Positions 41,975 to 51,285 of a stretch of 64,000 nucleotides of DNA are shown here, one piece after another (the stretch's first letter is position 1; each line of letters begins with the position of its first letter). Where the stretch lies: assembly GCA_025055795.1 (NCBI GenBank), contig JANWVV010000013.1, positions 24,755-88,754 of the forward strand. The letters are read 5' to 3'. Source of the DNA: Gemmataceae bacterium (GTDB lineage Bacteria; Planctomycetota; Planctomycetia; Gemmatales; Gemmataceae). Position numbers and translations under genes: made by a program. The notes beneath the pieces were generated by a model. It saw only the letters and a list, made by a program, of their open reading frames with translations. It did not search any database and was not told the DNA's origin.

Positions 41975-42646
41975 TCAACGAGGAATGGTTACCTGTTCAA
42001 TCTCAATGGTGGTGGTTTCGTCGGCAGTGGGTACATAGCTATACGATTTGACCAGACCGCCGGGTATTTCGGGACTCACCCAAATGGTGCATTGCATCTC
42101 GCCGACCTCGGTCGCTGAAGTGTATTTCATATAGGTGCAGCGAAGGGTTTTGCCGAGTACCTCAACCTCCTCGGTTCCTTGTTCACGAATTCCTTGCGGC
42201 TTACCCCAGTCTTCCTTGCGAATGTTCGGAGGTAGTGGAATCATCCGAGCATAACGGAATTTCATCGGTTCGTGTTGCACGACTTCGCCGCTACTCCGTT
42301 CCGTACGGGTCTGCTCCTCTATTACCAAGTAATCGTCAGTCTTTTCGAGGAGCCGAATAGTAGTGTGTGATATGGTGGGATTTTTAACCTTGGCGTTACG
42401 GGTAGTTGTTCGCCGCACGACAGAGGTGCCAGGAGGAAAGGCGGACCATTGCTTGTATATGAGGTCTTCGACCATTTCGTTAGTAGCAACGGGAGGGAGA
42501 TCACCGGCAGCAGCCGGAGGTTTGGACGTTGTCGCTACAGGAGCTGCTGCCCCCTCCGGACGCTGACATCCACTACCGACAATACTTGCTAACAGTGTTA
42601 AAGTTGTTACTCCGACGACATACTTTCTGATAGAGCGGATGGACAT
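41975..42646 (-). CDS. Hypothetical lipoprotein
   Basis: Lipobox GSGC. Globular beta-rich body W.AFPPGTSVVRR..WVSPEIPGGLVK. Confidence 0.75.
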   Translation of the reverse strand: MSIRSIRKYVVGVTTLTLLASIVGSGCQRPEGAAAPVATTSKPPAAAGDLPPVATNEMVEDLIYKQWSAFPPGTSVVRRTTTRNAKVKNPTISHTTIRLLEKTDDYLVIEEQTRTERSSGEVVQHEPMKFRYARMIPLPPNIRKEDWGKPQGIREQGTEEVEVLGKTLRCTYMKYTSATEVGEMQCTIWVSPEIPGGLVKSYSYVPTADETTTIEIEQVTIPR

Positions 42647-42800
42647 GCTAATAAATCCTTCTTCACAGGTTAGACGGTTCTCCAATTAAGCGAGATTGAC
42701 ATATTACGATTACTGTAGCTAGCAATAGGGTCATAAACATACAATTAATGTCAGTCTAGACTTTGCCCGCTGCAATACATGGGGTTGTAATTCTACAGGA

Positions 42801-43010
42801 TTAGCGCTTGCCCTTGTTATTCATTTGACGGGTGCGATTGCCCGGACTTTCCTCCTCGTCAATCCGTGCGTCCTCGGCTCGGATAGCGGCCTTTTGCTCC
42901 TCTGTCAACGGTTGGGTGTTGAGCATCGGTGCCTTGGGCCCGCAACCGACCACGATAGATGCCATACCAAAGGTCAGACATTTCAACAGAATTTTGCGCA
43001 CACTCATCAT
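42801..43010 (-). CDS. Small lipoprotein downstream of DUF1559 gene
   Basis: Basic N-terminus, lipobox VVGC, short charged helix. GG/AGGGG upstream. Confidence 0.65.
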   Translation of the reverse strand: MMSVRKILLKCLTFGMASIVVGCGPKAPMLNTQPLTEEQKAAIRAEDARIDEEESPGNRTRQMNNKGKR

Positions 43011-43197
43011 TTTCCCCTTGTAAATTTAAATTTATATATGATCATCTCAGTATTGAGAGATAAAACTAGTCAATCTATTCCCGGTCGAGTCAATCTCAAA
43101 ACTTAGGTGGATGTCTAGGGAACATAAACAAGTTAACGTCTTATCCATATGGTATTATGCTCTATGGGTCATTTGGATAACAAACTTCACTGCAGTA

Positions 43198-43235
43198 GCA
43201 GGACGGTGACCGGGCGACGCGGGCCACCGTCCTGC
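43198..43235. terminator. Strong stem-loop (terminator or mRNA-processing hairpin)
   Basis: Perfect 11-bp inverted repeat GCAGGACGGTG/CACCGTCCTGC about 105 nt past the DUF1559 stop. There is no clear U tract on the minus strand. Confidence 0.45.
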
Positions 43236-43340
43236 CTTTGGTCGGGATGATTTGGTAGCCCTCTTGCTTGCGGTTTAGGGTGAGCTCGTAAAAATCTCGG
43301 TGATGATTGGTTGTGGTGGAGTTACAAATCGCTTGCGTTA

Positions 43341-44462
43341 TTACAGATCGCTCATGTTCACTACGATTCCGTCATCGGCACCGCATGCCGCCATGAAGGT
43401 TAACGGATTCACGTTGAAGCGGATGAAGCGGACCGAACCATCAGCGAACACGGCGTTCAGGCCGCCTGTATGGTTGGAACCGAAGTAGCGGCGCCACAGG
43501 TTGTTGGCACTAAAGGCCGGATCGTTGGTCGGAGGAGCAATTTGCAACCAGCTGCCCGTATATGCACGGTACATATAGTTGGTTGGGTCCAGATCATGCT
43601 TGGGAGGGAAGTGCCAACGGACAGTGTCTTCATCCCAACCGTTGTTATTCCAACGTTCGTTGTCGCCACCATCGAGGCCATAACGTTGTGCGGGGATGGC
43701 TTTTTCGGCTGCCGCTATAGTGTTTGAGGTGCCATCAACGATATCAGCCATGCGACGTTTGGCACCGCGTCCTGGCCAGACGATGAAGCCTTTACGGCCA
43801 GGGAAGTTGCCGAAGTTTTCAGTGGTCCGTTCGTTGCGAGCCGGCCCGAAGCCCAGCGGCGGCGGTGGCGTATCGCCGGTTAACTCGTGCATGTCGCCTT
43901 GGAACAAGCCTGCGCAGCCGGCATAGTCAGTCCGGCCAAATCCGGCACTGCCATAACCGGTGGGGGGACGCCGTGATGGACAATAGTATATGCGTATCAA
44001 TTGCCGAGCAACGTCGTCTTCCCCACCATTATTTGCAACGTTCGGCCAGAAAGGCGGATCATCACGGCCTAGGCGGAACACGTTTTCTTGTTCAATGTAG
44101 GGGAGGATCCAGTAGAAGTGGTTCCAACCCCGGCGGGTGGCAGCCCGACAGCAGGTGGTGGTCTCGTACCCGCCTGGATCTTCGTCGTACTTGTAGCCGG
44201 CGGGATTGGGTGAGCCGTTGGTAAAGATGGCCTGCGGGTCGCCGTCCAATCCGCCAGGAGGGAAATGCCCCATGGCACTTTCATAATTGTGGAAGGCTAG
44301 GCCAATCTGCTTCAGATGGTTGGCGCACTGCATGCGGGCGGCCGCTTCCCGCACCTTCTGGACTGCCGGCAGCAGTAAGCCGATCAGGATGGCAATGATC
44401 GCGATCACCACTAATAGTTCAATCAGGGTGAACGCGGTGCGACGAAGGACGTTTCTGGCCAT
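43341..44462 (-). CDS. DUF1559 protein with prepilin-type N-terminal cleavage/methylation motif
   Basis: [56 protein letters not shown]9-DG motif [17 protein letters not shown]. Confidence 0.96.
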   Translation of the reverse strand: MARNVLRRTAFTLIELLVVIAIIAILIGLLLPAVQKVREAAARMQCANHLKQIGLAFHNYESAMGHFPPGGLDGDPQAIFTNGSPNPAGYKYDEDPGGYETTTCCRAATRRGWNHFYWILPYIEQENVFRLGRDDPPFWPNVANNGGEDDVARQLIRIYYCPSRRPPTGYGSAGFGRTDYAGCAGLFQGDMHELTGDTPPPPLGFGPARNERTTENFGNFPGRKGFIVWPGRGAKRRMADIVDGTSNTIAAAEKAIPAQRYGLDGGDNERWNNNGWDEDTVRWHFPPKHDLDPTNYMYRAYTGSWLQIAPPTNDPAFSANNLWRRYFGSNHTGGLNAVFADGSVRFIRFNVNPLTFMAACGADDGIVVNMSDL

Positions 44463-44894
44463 ACGACACCTCACACCGGATGAAAAGAACATCGATCCTG
44501 AATGTGGAGAGGTCGTGGCATGCAGCCGGTGCAGTAGGAGAATGTATCCCCTCTACTGACCCCCGCCTTGGCATTCCCAACCTCTAGCGGGTTCCTCTCC
44601 ACACCGGTACTAGTAGGGATCAAGTTTGAAGGACCGGTGACCTGACTGTGCTGTTTGGACAAAATTTTGATGTGCAGCAAAAGTAGAGTTTGTGAAGATC
44701 TGCTCACGTTCGTGCCATAGTTTGAATTTAAGGATATTCGTCTGCGCAAAAAAAGCAGGTCAAGCTGTATTGTTCCCATAGCTGGTAAGCTTAGGGTCAC
44801 GAGCCAGCGAATACCCGAACCGAAAAGCCCCCGGAAGTGATCACAGCGTCGAGGCTAGCTGCCCTCGGATGGGTTATCTGGGTATGATGCCACT

Positions 44895-45749
44895 ATGACG
44901 CAAACGCCGTTGCTGGAACGCGAAGAGTACATCGAACAGGCATACTTTTTCCGCACTTTCCGCGAACGGCTGTTGGACAATTGGCCAGCCCAGGAAGTAC
45001 TCAGTCGTGTGCACGAGGAATTGCTCAGTTCGACGCGGCTGCCCTGGGCAGTCCAGTTTCTGGCCACGGAAATGAAACACACCGGGCTGCTCGGGAGTGG
45101 CTTTGCGCGTCTGCGGCACTATTTCACCCCATTCCAGACCTTTGTCATCCAGCAGGCGGAAGAGACCACTTCCCGCTTCTCCATGCTTACTGCCCTGCTA
45201 GTACTGGAACGGGAAGCTCACTACCGAGCCAACCAGCCCACCGCCGCTGGCCTTTTCGTGTATCAGTTTGAGACGATCGCCCGTAATCGACTCGGCTATC
45301 GTCTCGGTTTCGAAGCCATGGCCGATGACCCGTTCTACGATCCAAACTGGCGTGAGTTCATCCTTGGTTTGAGCAAGCAAATGGGAGACATCGACTTTGC
45401 CGATCTGGTGTATCTGCGTTCGGAACACTACGTAGTTGAACAACGACGGTTGCAACCGGATTACACGCCACCGGTGCCGGTATTGTTTGGCGAAAAGGAG
45501 GGAAAGATCGCAAAGGCTAGTCGTGGGCGTGACCCCCTGTACCTGTTTGCCGCTTTACAGCGGCAACTGGGTTATCCGGAGGTGCCGCGTCCCCGGCCTC
45601 GCGACGACGACAAAGCCCGGTGGGAACGGGTCGAAAACAAACTCCGTGAACTGGAGATGCGTCTGAAACTTGCTGAAGCAGAATTGCGTGGCACCATTGA
45701 TCTAAACCAGTTTGGCAAACCCGAACTGCTTCAGGATGACGACGAATAA
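44895..45749 (+). CDS. Conserved hypothetical protein
   Basis: 284-aa ORF with natural composition and a C-terminal coiled coil. No family recognised. Confidence 0.75.
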   Translation: MTQTPLLEREEYIEQAYFFRTFRERLLDNWPAQEVLSRVHEELLSSTRLPWAVQFLATEMKHTGLLGSGFARLRHYFTPFQTFVIQQAEETTSRFSMLTALLVLEREAHYRANQPTAAGLFVYQFETIARNRLGYRLGFEAMADDPFYDPNWREFILGLSKQMGDIDFADLVYLRSEHYVVEQRRLQPDYTPPVPVLFGEKEGKIAKASRGRDPLYLFAALQRQLGYPEVPRPRPRDDDKARWERVENKLRELEMRLKLAEAELRGTIDLNQFGKPELLQDDDE

Positions 45750-45907
45750 GCGGATGGACGGAGCCATCCCCGTCGGCGGCTTTTCGCACTGACGCTCCTC
45801 AGAGTTGTCAAGGCTTCCGAGGGGGAGGTGGTCAACGTCTGGCTGCTTGTGGCCCACGGTGAAAGCAGATATGATGCCTGGGGAAGGCTATACCGGATCT
45901 GCAAGTC

Positions 45908-47644
45908 ATGAGCAGCACAAGACAGGCAGCGATCCTGTCAAGCACCGTCAGCATCGGATGTGTTTTAGTGTCGATCGGTTGGGGGTGCCAGCGGGAACGT
46001 CCAGCTGCCCAAACCGATACAAGTTCAGCAGCACTACCCCTTTGGTTTGTTGATGCTACGTCCGATTGGGGATTGGATTTTGTCCACCAGGCGGGTCCCA
46101 CAGGCGGGTATTTCATGCCTCAGATCATGGGTTCCGGCCTGGCCGTCCTGGATTTTGACAATGATGGACGCTGGGATCTGTACTTCGTGCAAAATGGTGG
46201 GCCATCGTCGGGTCAGCCCAATCGGTTGTATCGTCAGCTACCCGATGGCCGCTTCGCCGATGTCACCAGCGGTTCTGGGCTGGACGTGACCGGCTATGGC
46301 ATGGGTGTTGCCGTTGGCGACGCAAATAACGATGGCTGGGTCGACGTTGTCGTGACAGAATATGGTCGCACCCGTTTATTCCAGAACCGGGGGGATGGAA
46401 CATTTCGGGAAATCCCGCAGGCTTTTACCAGCCCTTTATGGGCCACATCGGCAGCCTTTGTCGACTACGATCGCGACGGCTGGCTCGACCTTGTCGTGAC
46501 CAATTACGTAGCATACGATCCAGCGCGTGTATGCTACGGAAGCCGGGGCCAGCCGGACTATTGTCACCCGGTTAATTTCGACGGAACCGTCACGCGGTTG
46601 TACCGCAACGTTTCGTTCCGTCAGCCCGAGCACGTCCAGTTTGAGGACGTGACCCAAGCTAGCGGCCTGGGGCGTTTAGCCGGGCCGGGTTTGGGCGTTA
46701 TTTGTGCCGACTTTGATGGCGACGGCTGGCCGGATATTTTTGTGGCCAATGACTCCCACCGCAACCACCTGTGGATCAATCAACGGGATGGTACGTTCCG
46801 GGAAGAAGCGATACTCCGGGGCGTGGCCTACAACGTGATGGGTCAGGCGGAAGCTGGAATGGGGATTGCCCTGGGGGACGTGGACGGTAACGGCCTGTTC
46901 GATCTATTCGTGACGCACCTGACCGAAGAAACTCACACCTTATGGTTACAAAGTCCACAGGGGCGGTTTGCCGATCGAACTGCCCGTTTAGGACTCCATC
47001 GCAGTCGCTATCGGGGAACAGGTTTCGGGACGGTCATGGTGGATGTGGACCAGGACGGCTGGTTGGATATCGCAGTGGCCAACGGCCGGGTGACGCGTCA
47101 CCCGGCTGCCCTGCCGTCCGTCGCACCGGATCAGTTTTTTGTTCCCTATCAGGAGCGTAATCAGTTATTTTGGAATAAGGGACAGGGGGAATTTCAGGAT
47201 GTCTCGTTGGCCAATCCCGCCTTGTGCGACCAGCCGGGTGTCTGGCGAGGACTGGTCGCGGCTGACCTGGATAACGACGGTGTCCCCGAGTTGATTGTGA
47301 CGAGTATTGCCGGTCCTGCCCGTATCTTTCGCAATGTGGCGGCTGCGCGCGGTTCCAGCCTGCAGCTTCGTCTGCTAACACGCGACGGACGTCGCGATGC
47401 TTACGGTGCGGAACTGTGGGTTGAAGCCGCTGGACGCCGCTGGTACCGGTTGCTCCAACCGGCCGGCAGCTACCTGTGTAGCGGCGATCCACGCATTCAT
47501 GTCGGCCTAGGCACGCTCACGGCGATTGATCGGCTGGTCGTACGCTGGCCGGATGGCCAGTATGAGCAATTTCCTGGGGGACCTGTCCCGGCGATACGCC
47601 TTTGCCGTCAGGGAAGCGGGACGCCGCTGCCCAATTATCGTTAG
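45908..47644 (+). CDS. CRTAC1-family FG-GAP/VCBS repeat protein with ASPIC/UnbV C-terminus
   Basis: Repeated DFDNDG.WD, DANNDGWVD, DYDRDGWLD, DFDGDGWPD motifs. C-terminal QPAGSYLCSGDPRIHVGLG. Confidence 0.92.
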   Translation: MSSTRQAAILSSTVSIGCVLVSIGWGCQRERPAAQTDTSSAALPLWFVDATSDWGLDFVHQAGPTGGYFMPQIMGSGLAVLDFDNDGRWDLYFVQNGGPSSGQPNRLYRQLPDGRFADVTSGSGLDVTGYGMGVAVGDANNDGWVDVVVTEYGRTRLFQNRGDGTFREIPQAFTSPLWATSAAFVDYDRDGWLDLVVTNYVAYDPARVCYGSRGQPDYCHPVNFDGTVTRLYRNVSFRQPEHVQFEDVTQASGLGRLAGPGLGVICADFDGDGWPDIFVANDSHRNHLWINQRDGTFREEAILRGVAYNVMGQAEAGMGIALGDVDGNGLFDLFVTHLTEETHTLWLQSPQGRFADRTARLGLHRSRYRGTGFGTVMVDVDQDGWLDIAVANGRVTRHPAALPSVAPDQFFVPYQERNQLFWNKGQGEFQDVSLANPALCDQPGVWRGLVAADLDNDGVPELIVTSIAGPARIFRNVAAARGSSLQLRLLTRDGRRDAYGAELWVEAAGRRWYRLLQPAGSYLCSGDPRIHVGLGTLTAIDRLVVRWPDGQYEQFPGGPVPAIRLCRQGSGTPLPNYR

Positions 47645-47677
47645 TTCTCTTCCCGGTGGAGCCGACGGGAGAGCTAG

Positions 47678-48997
47678 TTGGTTGTGACCACTCTGATGTG
47701 CCGTCGCCGTTGGTTTGTTGTCTGTCTAGTAGCTGCTGTGGCCGCTGGTGGGCTGGCACTGGTACGATGGTGGCAGCAGCCGGATTATCCCGTGCCTCCA
47801 GAGATACCTGACGATGCGATCGATGAAGAAATTGTCCGTTTTCTGCACCAGTTGCGTCAGGAGGTGCTAGAGCGACCAGAGGTGGGCGAGCGCTGGGGTA
47901 AGCTGGCGATGGCGTTGCGAGCCCACGACTTTGCCCAGGAATGCATCCTCTGCTTTCAACAGGCTGCCCGGCTCGACCCGGAGGATCCCCGCTGGCCGTA
48001 CCTGGAAGGGTTGTCCATCTACCTGTACGATCGCGGCAAGGCCATGGACAAATGGGAACAAGCCCTGGCCCGATGCCGCTCTACCGCGGACGCTCTCCAG
48101 GTACATCTGCGCCTGGGTGAGGCCGCCCTGTTGGAGGGCGATTGGCCATCCGCACAACGTCACTTTGCCGCCGTGCTTCAACAACAGGCAGACCACCCCC
48201 GGGCCTTGGTAGGCCGAGCCCGACTGGCTTGTTTACAGGAACAATGGCACGACGCGTTGCGGGATTTAGAAATCCCTCGCCAGGATGAACGGACCCAAAA
48301 GCAGGCCTGGCAACTGGTGGCCGAAATCTACTATCAATTGCGACAACCGCAGGCAGCCCAGGCGGCGGAGCGGCAAGCCGCTGCGTTGCCCGACGATCCG
48401 CCCTGGCCTGATCCTTTTGTCGAACAAGTCATGCGCCTACGGGTCGGACGGCTGGCCCGCTTACAAGCGGCGCAGGAACTGATCCGCCAGCAATCGTACC
48501 TGCTCGCTTTGGAGATTCTGGACACGCTCATATCCCGTTACCCCGATGACCCGGCTATCCAGCTCGCCTATGCCCAGGCTTTACTCGGTCTGGGGCAGCC
48601 CTCCCGTGCGGAACAGCTCCTCCGGCAGCTCCTGCGGCACCATCCCAGCTTTCCCTCTGCCCATTTCTACCTGGGCAATGCCCTCCTGTTGCAACACCGC
48701 TTGCTGGAAGCCAGCCAATCCTACAGACAGGTAGCCGAATTGTTGCCCGTTCACGCCCAGGCACTGTTCAACCTGGGGCACTGCCTCCACCAAGCGGGAG
48801 AGGTGCCACAAGCCATCGAGGCCTACCGCACCCTGCTGCAACGTCGACCGGAACACGGGGCCGCCCGCTGGGCCCTGGCCGAGCTACTGGCACAGCACGG
48901 GCGACCGGCCGATGCCCGTGCCGAGCTGGAAGAGCTCCTCCGGCAGCAGCCCGACCATCGCAAAGCCCGCCAGCTCTTGCAGCAATTGCCCCCCTGA
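47678..48997 (+). CDS. Membrane-anchored TPR protein
   Basis: N-terminal TM helix, repeated W..LA/A..YLG/A.FNLG TPR-like units. Adjacent to the CRTAC1 gene. Confidence 0.88.
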   Translation: MVVTTLMCRRRWFVVCLVAAVAAGGLALVRWWQQPDYPVPPEIPDDAIDEEIVRFLHQLRQEVLERPEVGERWGKLAMALRAHDFAQECILCFQQAARLDPEDPRWPYLEGLSIYLYDRGKAMDKWEQALARCRSTADALQVHLRLGEAALLEGDWPSAQRHFAAVLQQQADHPRALVGRARLACLQEQWHDALRDLEIPRQDERTQKQAWQLVAEIYYQLRQPQAAQAAERQAAALPDDPPWPDPFVEQVMRLRVGRLARLQAAQELIRQQSYLLALEILDTLISRYPDDPAIQLAYAQALLGLGQPSRAEQLLRQLLRHHPSFPSAHFYLGNALLLQHRLLEASQSYRQVAELLPVHAQALFNLGHCLHQAGEVPQAIEAYRTLLQRRPEHGAARWALAELLAQHGRPADARAELEELLRQQPDHRKARQLLQQLPP

Positions 48998-49227
48998 TCT
49001 ATCCGCTGGACGCGTGACCCTGTGTGTCCGCGGTAATGTTCATCCTCTTTTTCTTCCCCTGTGTAACACAAAGATGACCGCAGACCGACGGATTCGACCT
49101 TGACGGGATCGAAAAACTCGTTATGGTGCCGCCTCACTGCTGGTATGCCTGCAGCGTTGTGGCCGGGACGTAGGGACCGCGTTTGGGGGAATACACCAGG
49201 CGGCCGGCAGGCACGGGAGGCCGGATA

Positions 49228-51225
49228 ATGGCACGCAGCGCGGGCTGGGGGAACCGCTGGAACCGCCGTGACTTTTTACTTCTCTCCGTCTGTGGACTGG
49301 CTAGCACCCCCGGTTGCCATGACCTCTGGAGTGACCGGAGCGTAACCAGAAAAATTCAAAGCCGCTCGCAAATCGGGGACGACCCCGCACTCGATCTGGA
49401 CGACTCTACCACCATTGGCAGCAAAAGCACAGTCGGTAATACCGAACCGATCCCAGTCAGTGGGGTCGGACTGGTCTCCAATCTCCCCGGCACGGGGAGC
49501 AGTGCACCGCCGGGCAGTTGGCGCACCATGCTGGAACAAAGCCTCAAAAAGCAGGGAGTGTCCAACGTCCGGGAGTTCCTGGACGATCCACACAAGCGTA
49601 CTTCGTTGGTTCTAGTGTCTGCTTTGATTCCCCCGGGTGCTCGTAAAGGCGAATTGATTGACGTCGAGGTTACCCTGCCTGAGGAAAGCAAAACGGTCAG
49701 CCTGAAGGGGGGGTATCTGCACCATTGCGAGCTATACACCTACGAAACGACAGGTAATCTCCGCGCGATGATGCGCGAAGGCAAGCGGGTGGCTCCCAGC
49801 GGTGAACTGAAACTGGGTGATGTCTGGGCAGTGGCTTCCGGTGAGCTGATGACCGGTCAATTCCTGCCTCAGCGTGAGGGTCAGGCAAAAGCAGAGGTGG
49901 ACACCGATGCCGAGGGGCGACCCCTGTACCGCACGGCCCGCATCTGGGGCGGCGCCCGCATCGTGCGGACCCGCCCTTACCATTTCCTGCTCAATCCCGC
50001 TGACCAGAATCCGCGCATGGCGGCCATTGTCGCCGAACGTCTGAATACTACCTTTCACGGAGCAGCCGAGGCTTCCCAGAAAGTCGCCGATGCTAAAACC
50101 CGCGAATTGATCATTGTCCATGTCCCGTATGCCTATCGCAACAATCATTACCGCTTTCTGCTGGTGGCCCGGCACGTGCCGATTCTGCCCACTCCACCTA
50201 ACAGCTTGTACCGTCGCCGTTTGGAGGACGAATTATTGGATCCCGCGACGACGCTGACTGCGGCCATCAAGCTGGAAGCCATGGGCATGAGCAGTGCCCG
50301 GGCCTTGCGGGTCGGTCTGGAAAGCACATCGCCGTGGGTCCGCTTCGCCGCGGCAGAAGCCCTGGCATACCTGGGTCAGGCGGATGGGGCGGCCGAACTG
50401 GCACGCCTGGCCGAAGAACATCCCGCCCTCCGCGCGCCTGCCCTCAAAGCACTAGCGGCCCTCGACGATGCCGCCGCTATTGATCGACTTATCGAACTGC
50501 TGAGCCGGCCTGAGCCGGAGCTCCGTTACGGTGCCTTTGTGGCTTTGCGGCTGGCCGATGACCAGCATGCGGCTGTCCGCGGCATTCCCATCCATCGCTC
50601 CTATCATCTCCACCTGACCGCCCCTGGCAGCCCGGGGATGATTCACCTGACCAGCGAACGTCGGGCTGAAATTGTCGTGTTCGGAGACGACGTCCTGTTC
50701 CGTGGTCCCTTTACCCTACCTATCGGTTCGGACTACACCATCAAGGTGCCCGCCAGTGGTTCGGTCACCCTGACCCGTATTGTCAAAGTCAAGGATGAAT
50801 GGGTTGAGCGGCAGGTGACCTGTCCTGCGGACGTCGGTTCAGTTCTGATGGCCCTTGGTCAACTGGGCGGCGGCTATGCCGAGGCTATCGAACTGATCCG
50901 GCGGGCAGACGCGGCGGGGGTTCTCTCCGCCGCCGTGCTCGTGGACGCTATACCGCTGGAGTTGAACTTGCGTCAACTGGCCTACTTTGCCCGTCACGAT
51001 CCTGGGTTGCGACGGGCCGATGCCGAAGTGGCCCGCTTGGGTGTAGGACGGGTTGCTCTCGAACAAGCCAATCTGGCTTTGCCAACACCCGAGACAGACC
51101 CGGCTAATCAGCCGCCTCCGCCGCCACCACGCCCCCCCTTGAACCGTGAGCCCGGACGCCTCTTTGGTCCGAAACGCCAGGAACCGCCGCCCACGCCTCC
51201 TGTCGTCCCTGCTGCTGGACAGTGA
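49228..51225 (+). CDS. FlgI (P-ring)-like protein with HEAT-like repeats, predicted Tat lipoprotein
   Basis: NRRDFLLL..PGC signal, VSGVGLVSNLPGTGS, IDVEV..SLKGGYL, VRFAAAEALAYLG. Confidence 0.72.
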   Translation: MARSAGWGNRWNRRDFLLLSVCGLASTPGCHDLWSDRSVTRKIQSRSQIGDDPALDLDDSTTIGSKSTVGNTEPIPVSGVGLVSNLPGTGSSAPPGSWRTMLEQSLKKQGVSNVREFLDDPHKRTSLVLVSALIPPGARKGELIDVEVTLPEESKTVSLKGGYLHHCELYTYETTGNLRAMMREGKRVAPSGELKLGDVWAVASGELMTGQFLPQREGQAKAEVDTDAEGRPLYRTARIWGGARIVRTRPYHFLLNPADQNPRMAAIVAERLNTTFHGAAEASQKVADAKTRELIIVHVPYAYRNNHYRFLLVARHVPILPTPPNSLYRRRLEDELLDPATTLTAAIKLEAMGMSSARALRVGLESTSPWVRFAAAEALAYLGQADGAAELARLAEEHPALRAPALKALAALDDAAAIDRLIELLSRPEPELRYGAFVALRLADDQHAAVRGIPIHRSYHLHLTAPGSPGMIHLTSERRAEIVVFGDDVLFRGPFTLPIGSDYTIKVPASGSVTLTRIVKVKDEWVERQVTCPADVGSVLMALGQLGGGYAEAIELIRRADAAGVLSAAVLVDAIPLELNLRQLAYFARHDPGLRRADAEVARLGVGRVALEQANLALPTPETDPANQPPPPPPRPPLNREPGRLFGPKRQEPPPTPPVVPAAGQ

Positions 51226-51285
51226 CTCGAATGACCCTACGCCCTCGCAACAAGGCTGACGCAGATAGTCTTCAGGCTGACCTCT

